Assembly (NCBI GenBank): GCA_001643675.2
Contig: LSRY02000057.1
Coordinates: forward strand, 124,001-188,000
Direction of reading: 5' to 3'
Length of the DNA: 64,000 nucleotides
From: Monocercomonoides exilis PA203
Lineage: Eukaryota > Protista > Preaxostyla
Shown: in pieces, positions 13,501 to 24,008 of the stretch
Layout of the letters: each line of letters opens with the position of its first letter
Numbering within the stretch: the stretch's first letter is position 1
Notes under the pieces: generated by a model
What the model was told of the DNA's origin: nothing
Database searches by the model: none
What the model saw: the letters and a program-made list of their open reading frames with translations, nothing else
Translations under genes and position numbers: made by a program

Positions 13501-16500
13501 ACTCCACTCACTGATCAATGCTACATCACTCTGACATCTGCACTCCACCTCAAACTTGGTGGAGCTCCAGCAGGGCCAGCAGGTACAGGAAAGACAGAGA
13601 CATGCAAAGATCTCTCAAAGGCAGTGGCACGGCAGTGTGTTGTGTTCAACTGCTCTGATGGACTGAATGTGGGAACGATGGCACAGATGTTCTCAGGGAT
13701 GTGTCAAGCAGGCGCCTGGTTCTGTTTTGATGAGTTCAACCGAATTGACATTGAAGTGCTGTCTGTGGTTGCTCAGCAGATCAGAGAGATTCAGAGCGCA
13801 CAGCAGGCAGAGTACACCAGCTTCGTCTTTCAGGGATCAGAAATCCCTCTGAACGCCAACTGCGCCATTTTCATCACAATGAACCCTGGTTATGCCGGCA
13901 GAACAGAACTGCCAGACAACTTGAAGTCTCTTTTCAGGCCAGTTGCCATGATGATTCCTGATTATGCGCTGATTGCAGAGATTATGCTGTTCTCAGAGGG
14001 ATTCAAGACAGCAAAGCCACTTTCACAGAAGATGACACAACTGTACCGCTTGTCTTCAGAGCAGCTGTCGCAGCAGAAGCACTACGATTTCGGTATGAGA
14101 GCAGTGAAATCTGTTTTGGTGATGGCTGGGCAGCTTCGGAGAGACAATCCGCAGCTGGCTGAAGACATCGTGCTGATTAGAGCGATGAGAGAGAGCAACC
14201 TGCCCAAATTCCTGGCAGAAGATATTCCTCTTTTTGAGGCAATTGTAGGTGATCTGTTTCCAGATGCCGTCATTCCGAAGAATGACTACGGCGAGCTGAT
14301 GATGATGCTACGGCAGATCTGCAGCGAGCGGAGGCTGCAGAAGTTGGACTACCAGCTGCACAAGACGATTGAGCTATTTGATACACTTGGAGTGAGACAC
14401 GGGGTGATGCTGGTGGGGCCGACGAGAGGAGGGAAGACGGTGGTGAGGGAGATTCTGGCAGATGCAATGACACGGCTGAGGGAGGAGACGAAGAGCACAA
14501 ACACTGCGTTTCAGACAGTGGTGCAGAAGCTGATGAATCCGAAGGCGATTTCAGTGGACGAAATATTCGGTTGCTTCAGCGAGCTCACACAGGAATGGAA
14601 AGAAGGTCTGCTTTCATATTTTGTGTCAGAGGTTGTGAAAGATGACACGCCAACGAAAAAGTGGATTATCTTCGATGGACCAGTCGATACACTCTGGGTA
14701 GAGTCACTGAACACAGTTCTTGATGACTCAAAGACACTTTGCTTACCAAACAGAAAGCGTATCAAGCTCACCCCAACTGTTTCCCTGTTGTTTGAGGTTG
14801 AGAATTTGGATGAGGCATCACCTGCTACAGTCAGTCGGTGTGGGATGGTGTACATTGCAGAAGAGAAGATGCCCTGGATGGCGCTGGTGCAGTCGTGGGC
14901 GGAGTCGCTTCCAGACGAACTGTGGACAGAGTCGTTGAAGAGATACGTGGTCGGCCTGTTTGACCAGCTGCTTGCACCCATTTTGGAGGAATGCACACGC
15001 TTCAAAGAGGACATTGCACAACCAGTGAGTTCAAAAGTGACAAATGTCACACGCATCATGGATGCCATCCTGACAAACAAGAACGGATTCCGCCCAGCTG
15101 TTTATGAGAGAGAAAGAGAAGAGGAGGCGAATGCAGTGAGCACAGCGGATGCAACAGGCAGTCAAAGCAATATGAATGATGGGTCACGCAAAGGCCAGCG
15201 ATCTACCTCCTTTTCTATGTCAGTGCCTGGCAGACGGAGCATCGGAGAGGGCTTTTTGGAGTCTGACTGGGAGACGTGGATACGGAGCGTGTTCTTCTTT
15301 GCTGTCGTATGGGGTGTTGGTGGTGCATTTGTGGAGGAAAGCAGAGTTTTGTTTGACGAAGTTGTTAGGCAGACAATCGATGGCATGCTGCTTCCTTCGA
15401 TTGAGAGCGTCTACGACTGTCTTTTGGACTGCGAGACATTCAGCATTGCCCCTTGGGAGATACCCGAATACCATCATGTTCCAGACGCCCCCTTCTTTTC
15501 AATTCTTGTACCGACAATCGACACTGTGCGCTTCTCATATCTGTGCAAGTTGTTTGTGGATGCGAGGCAACCGGTTCTGGTGACTGGAGAGACGGGTGTG
15601 GGGAAGAGTGCGATAATCACTGGGATGCTGGCTGGGAAGGAGACTGAAAAGGAGAAGGAAGATGGAGATGGAAACGCAGAAGATGATTTTGGAGCTTCAT
15701 TTGCTGCATCCTCAGAACAACAAAAGAATGTCTCAAAACAGCAAAAGCAAAGAAAAGGCAAGAATTCTGTTGGAGGTGTTGGTGGAAGTGACGGAGAAGA
15801 CGAAGAAATTCAGCTAAACCCAGTTTTTATCTCATTCAGCGCACAGACAAGCAGCAATCGCACACAAAACATGATCGAAAACAAGCTTCTCAACAGGCGA
15901 GACCACTTTGCCTCAGCGCCAGGAACGCTCACTGTGCTTGTGATTGAAGACCTGAACATGCCTGTGCGGGACGCATATGGCTCTCAGCCTCCTCTGGAGC
16001 TTCTTCGGCAGCTGCAGAGCACAGGCGGGTGGTACGACAGAACTCTCCTCCAGTTCAGACCCATCAAAGGGATAACGCTGGTTGCGAACTGTGGACCGCC
16101 TGGTGGAGGGAGGAACCCAATGTCTGCACGGCTGACGTCGCTGTTCACACAGCTGCGGGTGCCACAGCCATCAGACAAGTCTCTCATCGCCATCTTCTCG
16201 TCGATGCTGGGTGGTTCAATGGCTGCTATGAAGTTTGCACCTGTCTTCACAGACTTAGTTCCTTCTGTGGTGAGAGCATCAGTCGACTTGTATCGCTACA
16301 CCCTGTCAACTCTTCGGCCAACGCCTTCTAAGTCGCACTATGTGTTCAACACGAGAGATCTGAGCAAAGTGTTCCAGGGGATTATGTCTGTCACCCCCGC
16401 CGAGCTGCCAGATGAAGCAGCGTTTCTGCGCCTGTGGTGCCACGAGTCGATGCGCATCTTTGCAGACCGGCTGATCTCAGATGAGGACAGCAGCATTCTC

Positions 16501-19500
16501 ACACAGAAGATATGCGACTTGGCACGGCAATACTTCCACCAGCACTGGAATCACGAGGAGATGTTTGTGAGGGAGAAACCAGCGATGTGGGTGGACTTCC
16601 TGCAGATGGACAAGGAGACACCTCGCCCGTACGAAGAGGCAGCAGACACGAAGAAGTTGATTTCAATTCTGAGCACGCAGCTGGCAGAGTACAACATGGA
16701 CTGTGTGATGAAGAAGCAGAAGGAGATGCACCTGGTGTTCTTTGAAGACAGCATCCGCCACATCGCCCGCATCACCCGCATCATCCGCCAGTCGCGCGGA
16801 AACGCTCTTCTCGTCGGCGTGGGCGGGTGCGGCAAGCAATCGCTTTCGCGTCTTGCAGCATTCGTGTCAGGTTGCCAGTGCTTTGAGATCACTCTCACAA
16901 AGAACTACGGACAGAACGAGTTCAGAGAAGACCTCAGAAAGCTATTCATCATGACAGGCGCAGAGGGGCAGTCGACGGTGTTCCTGCTGAACGACACGCA
17001 GATTGCACACGAGTCCTTTTTGGAGGACATCAACTGCATCCTCTCAAGTGGAGAGGTGCCTGGCCTGTTTGACGCACAGCAGAAGGAGTTTGCGCTGAAG
17101 CGGCTGCGCAGCTCCTGCGGCAAAGAAATCCCTGTTCCAGAGTCACCCGACTTAGCACTCCAGTTTATGATGCAGCGATCAAGGGACAAGCTGCACATTA
17201 TCCTCTGCATGTCGCCCATTGGAGATGCACTCCGAAGAAGATGCAGAATGTTCCCATCGCTGGTCAACTGCTGCACAATCGACTGGGTCTCCAACTGGCC
17301 CCAATATGCACTCTACTCAGTGGCTGTGCAGGCATTCACTGAGGCAAACATCTCTTTGGTCAAAGCAGACAACAATATGACTCAAAACTCGGCTTCATCA
17401 TCTGCAAGTCAAAGTGCTTCTTCCTCACAGCTATTGCCTTCACAATCCTCATTCTCTTCATCATCTTCATCGGCATCAGCAAATGACCCAATGAAATCAC
17501 ATAACACTGAGCCATCACTCATCGAACGACTAGCCAATTTGTGTGTGTTCATCCATCTTTCAGTGGAAGAAGCAACAGATCGGTTCTTCAAAGAGACGAA
17601 GCGGAAGAGCTATGTCACACCAGCCTTGTTTTTGGAGATGATTCAGCTGTTCTTCACATTCATCACACAAAGTGAAGAGGCGCAGAAGGAGCAGACAGAA
17701 AAGTATGCAGGCGGAGTGCGGATGCTGGAGGAGACGCAGAAGTCGGTGGCGTCGATGCAGGAGGAGCTGAAGCGGATGGAGCCGATGCTGGTGAAGCAGA
17801 AGGAGCAGATCACACAGCTGATGGAGAAGATTGGAACAGACACTGCGCGGACAGAAGAGATCCGTGTGACTGTCTCGCAGGAAGAGGCAATTGTGCGGAA
17901 AGAGCAGGAGAAGGCGCAGGTTCTGAAGGACGAGGCGCAGAGAGAGGTGGACAAAATCATGCCCATCTTCGAAGAGGCCAACAAGGCGCTCGAGTCGCTC
18001 TCGAAGGCTGCAGTGAACGAGGTGCGGACGTTTGCGAATCCTCCAGAGGCTGTGAAGAGGGTGATGTTTGCAGTGTGCACATTGTTTGGAAAGAAGACAG
18101 ACTGGGACTCAGCACGAGCACTTCTGGCACAGCCAAACTTTGTGCAGATGCTACTCAACTACGACATCAGCGAGATTACTGATTCAATTGACAAGAAGGT
18201 GCGGATTGGGTATCTGGATGATCCAGACTTCAGATCAGAGAAAGTGGAAGGAGTGTCAAAAGCAGCAGCGAATATCTGCTCGTGGGTGATTGCAATTGTG
18301 GAGTTTGCGCGGGTGAGCAAAATCATCGAGCCCAAAAAGAAAGCAGCGAATGATGCGCAGGAGAAGCTGAACGATCTGACGAGCAAACTGGAGCAGAAGC
18401 TGAAGCAGCTGTCACAACTGGAGAAGGACCTGAGCGAGCTGCAGGAGCAATTCAATGCGAAGAAGAAGGAGCAATTTCAGACAGAAAGCGAGATCGAGAA
18501 GACACGCCTGCGGTTCCAGAATGCAGAGAAGCTGGTGTCTGGCTTAGGGGACGAAGGGGTGCGGTGGAGGGAGAAGCTGAAGGAACTGAACGAGTCATCA
18601 GCTTCGCTTGTGGGCAGTGCTCTTATTTCAGCAGCGTGTGTCGCATACATCGGCCCTTTCAACTCTGCCTATCGCAACATGCTCATCAGAAAGTGGTGTG
18701 CTGAGAGCAAAACGAAGAACATATCTGCAACTGTTCCAGGCACTTCGAAGGAGTTTGCTGTGGAAGATGCTCTGTCCACTCCCGTTCAGGTGAGAGACTG
18801 GATGATCCAGGGCTTGCCTTCTGACCTGCTCTCCATACAAAATGCAGTGGTTGTCTCGAGAACAAGAAAATGGCCACTGATGATTGATCCGCAGGGGCAG
18901 GCCAACAGATGGATCAGAAACAAAGAGCGAGACCGGAAGCTGCGTGTGCTGAAGCCGAACGACCAGAATCTGATGAGAAGTCTCATTGCTGCCATTCGCT
19001 TTGGACAGCCCGTGCTGCTGGAGGACATTGGAGAAACACTCGATGCACAGCTATCGCCCCTCTTGCAGCAGCAGACGGTGAAACAAGGAGGAAGAACAAT
19101 CATCCGCCTGAATGACCAGGACATCGACTACAACAGCCAGTTCCGCCTGTACATCACCACAAAGATGGCCAATCCACATTTCCTTCCTGACATGTACATC
19201 AAGTCGACCATCATCAACTTCACAGTCACGAAGGAAGGGTTGGACGAGCAGCTGTTGGCAGACGTGGTGAGCAATGAGAAAGCAGAGCTGGAGGAGGCAA
19301 AGGACAAGCTGGTGAGAGACATGGCAGCCGATGCGAAGATGCTGCAGGAGACAGAAGCGAAGATCCTGTCGCTGATGAAGGCAACAAATGTGGAGCAGCT
19401 GCTGGACGACCCCGCCCTCATTGTGTCACTTGACCAGTCGAAGCGCACATCGAACGAGATCACGCAGCGGGTGAAGGATGCAAGTGTGACTGAGCAGAAG

Positions 19501-22500
19501 CTGCTGGCTGCGAGAAATGAGTACCGTCCAGTGGCTGTGAGGGGAACGGTGTTGTTCTTCGCAATGGTTGACTTGGCACAGCTGGATCCGATGTACCAGT
19601 ACTCTCTGCAGTACTTCAAGGCCATCTTCCGCCTCGCCCTGAAGGAGGCAGAGCAGAGCAGCGATGTCGCAGCCAGGCAGAAGGCGCTGAAAGACACGCT
19701 GACTGAATTGATCTACTCGAATGTGTGCAGAGGGCTCTTCGAAAGACACAGGATGATGTTCTCGTTCTACATCACTACGAAGATAAAGAGAAGAGACGGG
19801 ACAATCAGCGAAAGGGAATGGGATGTGTTTGTGAAGGGGATAAATGCACTGCCTCAGCAAAACACGAAGCAAATGAATATGTCTGCTTCTTCAGCATCTT
19901 TTGCGTCGCTTGCATCTTCCTCATCAGCTCCTTCTTTGTCTTCTACAGCTCAATCTTCATCTGATTTGCAAATGATGTCATCTTCATCCTCTTCTTCTTC
20001 TTCTTCTTCAATTCCTCCACTTTCCTCTCCGTTTGACGATGCAGTTGATCCCAAATGCTGGCTGGATCTGATTCAGATGGAAAAGCGGTGGGGCGACGTG
20101 TGGGCAGGCATCACCCAGCAGATGGTACAAAGTCAATCAAATGTCTCTCAATCAGCACAGAAACACTCTCTGTCTCGTGGGCAGTCACAAAGAGAGATCA
20201 AAGACACTCCTTCAGAACACACAAGAAGTGCTGATGGTGTCAGTGCAAATGAAAAAACGGATGCTGAACAAGGAAATGGCTTGTGGGCAAAGTGGGTCTC
20301 TTCTCCTTCTCCTCTCTCTGAACCTCTTCCTTCCCCGTGGAACGAAAAACTCTCTCTTTTCGACAAGCTCCTTCTCATCCGCATTTTGATCCCACACAAA
20401 CTGACAGCGTGCGTAGGCACTTATGTGAAGGAGGAGCTGGGCGAGCTGTTCAGCCGGTCGCCTCCACTCGACTTGGAACAAGCACACAACGATTCTTCAC
20501 CTGAGACGCCGATCATCTTCATCCTCTCCTCTGGCGCTGACCCCACCCAGCACGTCATCCGCTTTGCGCAGTCACGAGGATTCGAATCTCGTCTGCATCT
20601 GCTCTCATTGGGACAAGGCCAGGGACCCATCGCCCTGCGACTGCTTCAGAGTGCGACACAAAAGGGAGAGTGGGTGTTTCTACAGAATTGTCATTTGTCT
20701 GCCTCGTGGATGCCTGAGCTGGAGCGTGTCTGTCTTTCCTATTCTCTCGCTGACTCATCTCCAGTCAATCCAGACTTCCGCCTCTGGTTAAGCGCCATGC
20801 CAACACCGTCATTTCCCATCAGCGTGCTCCAAAATGGAATCAAATTGACAAATGAACCGCCAGCAGGTGTCAGGACGAACATGCTGCGAAGTTTGGCGTC
20901 TGTTTCGAGCGATGTGTTTGAAGGGGGTGTAACAGGAAGCGAGAAGAAGAAGTTTGCATGGAGGAGATTGCTGATTGGGCTGACGTTCTTCCATGCGCTT
21001 GTGCAGGAAAGGAAGAAGTATGGAGCGATTGGATGGAACATCATGTACGAATTCAACGAAAGCGACTACGAGATATCTCTGAACCATCTGAAGATGTACC
21101 TCAACCAGATGCCGAGTGGAATTCCCGACAAGACGCCACGCACACCAAACTCACCTGGCATGGCTGCGATGCTCTCCACTCCAATCGGCAGCAAAATGCG
21201 TTCGATGTTTCCATCAGGTGCCAACACACCATCAGGCACAAATCCCTCGCCATTGTTCTTTGAGTCATCAGGAATGTCTGGAGGATTGCATCATTCGGGT
21301 GCTTCAGACGAGAAAGGCCCAGTTGCTATTCCATGGAAAGCACTAAGGTACATGACAGGAGTCGTGAACTATGGAGGCAGAGTGACTGACGAGTGGGACA
21401 AGAGAACATTGGGCGCTCTTCTGGGTCGTTTCTATGAAGACAACATTGTGGCGATGGGAAAGCCGTACAACCTGTGCCCGTCGAGTGGCATGCAAGGGAC
21501 TGCTGGGCAGAGCAATCCGTATGTCCTCCCGCCAGACATCAAGACGATGGAAGCGCTGACAGCGTTTGTGGAGCAGCTGCCGTGGACTGACGAGCCAGAG
21601 GTGTTTGGGATGCACTCGAATGCAGAGCTCTCGTTCCAGCTGAGCGAAACAGAGAGGCTGATCAAGTCGCTTCTGCTGATGATGCCTAAGAAGTCTGGAG
21701 GAGGCAGAAGCGGAGGCATCCAAAATGAGAAGAAAACAGAGAAAGAAGATGAGAAAAATAAAGATTCGAAAGAAAAAGAAGAGCAAAAGGAGAAAATGCA
21801 AAAGGAAAAAGTAGAGAAAGATAACAAAGAAGGTTCAGATTCTTCTGACAAGCCAACAACAAATGATGACAAAAATGAAACAAGCGCATCTTCTTCTTCT
21901 TCTTCTTCTTCTTCTGATTCGGCCTCTTCTTCCTCCAAAACTGATTCAAACAACACATCCTCTGATCCAGAAGCAGAAACCTCAAAAGCCGATACATCTA
22001 TTCATACACCCTCACCCGACGACGAAGTGCTTCAACTTGTGGACTCTATCATTTCTCGCCTTCCTCCGCTGCTTCTGCGGAGTGAGGCATGTGAGGGTGT
22101 CCTCCCTCCTCAGCCGTCTCTTCTGTCTTCCTCCTCTTCGGCTGAGCTGCTTGGCTCTTCTTTTTCCTCTCCTTCTTCTCTTTCTGCCTCGTCTGCAGCA
22201 CTTCCAGCGCCTTCCTCCTTCTCCATCGTGCTCTCCCACGAAATCGACCGCTTCAACCAGCTCCTCACTCTCATCGCCTCTTCTCTCTCTGACTTGAAGA
22301 AGGCAATCGCCGGCCTTGTTGTCATGTCCACCCAGCTCGAAACTGTCCTCGACTCACTTCTGATGCGCCAGGTGCCTTCGCTCTGGGCAGCTTCTGCTTA
22401 TCCATCTCTCCGCTCTCTCGCCTCGTGGATCGACGACCTCATCACACGTGTCGCTTTCTTTAGGCGCTGGCTGTGTGGGGGGAAGCCAAAAGTGTTCTGG

Positions 22501-23568
22501 CTGCCAGGCTTCTTCTTCCAACAGGGCTTTTTGACAGCGGCGCTGCAGACACACGCGAGGAAACACCACGTGGCGATTGACTCGCTCACGTTCAGCCACA
22601 AAATGATGGGGGCGTATGAAGAGGCAGAGCTGAATGAGATGCTTGAGAGAGAGAAGGAGAAGAGAAAGAACGAGAGGGACTCAAAGATGAGGGCGGTGTC
22701 AGCAGCTTCAGCAGCAGCCAGAGATGGGCCTGATACGCAGAGGTCAGTCTCAACAGTGCATTCACAAAAGGGAAGCGACAAGAGAGAAAACGGAACACAA
22801 TCACAAAATCATCATTTTGCAACTACACCTTCTTCCATTTCTTCTTCTTCTTCTTCTCTTTCTTCTGTTTCTTCTGCGAGGCGTTTAGAAGGAGGGTTCC
22901 AAAGTGATGTCAGTTTTGTTGGGAGCACAGCGAATCTGAATGGAGAGAGCGAAGGAAGAGCATCCACAAGGGAGATAAGAGGAGTCAACGGAAAAGACAC
23001 GAAATTAGCAGGAAGAGAAGAAGAACTGAGAGATGGCACAGAAAGAGGAGGGAATGGGAGTGAGTATTATGAAGAAGGAGAGCAAAATGCAGAGGAAGAA
23101 GAGGAAGAGGCAGACGGGGTGTATATTTCAGGGCTGTTTATTGAAGGCGCCAAATGGGATGAGAAAGGGCAGAGGTTGTGTGAGGGCAAAAGAGGAGAAA
23201 TGTCTTCGAGATTCCCTATCATCCACTTCCTCCCTCAGCAGATGAACTCAGCTGCACCAGCCAACCAGCCAGCAATAACAGTTGCTTCATCATCATCTTC
23301 TTCCTCTTCCTCTTCCTCCTCCTCCTCCTCCTCTTCTTCTTCTTCTTCTTCTTTGATGCCAAATCCATCATCTTCCGTTCAATCTGCCAATTCATCAACA
23401 ACCTTTATTGCTCCCGTTTATATTACTCCTCTGCGCTATGGCGTGCTCTCTACAACTGGCCATTCAACCAACTTTATCACGACTGTCTCGCTGCCTTCAG
23501 CAGAAAAGGAGACCCATTGGATTCTGCGCGGTGTTGCTCTTTTGTGCGAGCAAAAAGAAATGGAATGA
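7503..23568 (+). CDS. DNAH6: Axonemal single-headed inner-arm dynein heavy chain, DNAH6-like (~5300 aa with low-complexity insertions)
   Basis: P-loops GPAGTGKT, GPTRGGKT, GETGVGKS and GVGGCGKQS. Other motifs: CFDEFNRIDIEVLSVVAQQ, FITMNPGYAGRTELPDNLK, stalk/MTBD, WPLMIDPQGQAN, WVFLQNCHL, and C-terminal GVLSTTGHSTNF..HWILRGVALLC. The N-terminal FNPYDLEIV and the P2-P4 variants fit the DNAH6 class. Likely exon 1 7503-7697 and intron 7698-7854 (GTTTGC..ACAG, phase 0); the 7771 TTG start in the track lies inside this intron. Confidence 0.93.
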
Positions 23569-24008
23569 TTTGATGAACCTTTTTTTGAAGTTATATTGCA
23601 TTTTTTTTTTCCTTGTATTATTGCGATCTGTTTTGTTTTGTTTTGTTATTTCCCATTTATTTGAAATTGTAATATTTATAAATAACATGATATTTTCGTT
23701 CTACTCATTTCATTCTTCTTTCACTTGAAATCAACTATCTCATCATTTCATGGCCAACACATTTCCCAATTTACGTTTTATCCTTTTTATTTCCTTATGT
23801 TTTTCCTGTTTCTTGAAATGAACAGGTAGGTTTTCGTGTTGTTATTTTATAAGACATTTTATGTTAAACAATTGTTGCCAGAAAGAAAATAGATCTTTTT
23901 TTCGAAAGAAAATATTTTGATCAACTTACCATAAGCTTTTGCTTTGAGAAAAAATTTCTTTTTATCTGGGTTAATCTTGCATATAATCATATAATACTTT
24001 TGTAACAT

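Noticed and set aside
8500-23400. Dozens of 60-300 aa ORFs overlapping dynein, and similar ones over other genes and both edge ORFs
   Set aside because: These are shadow or antisense frames caused by GC-rich codon use and GAA/TCT repeats, with no recognisable motifs.
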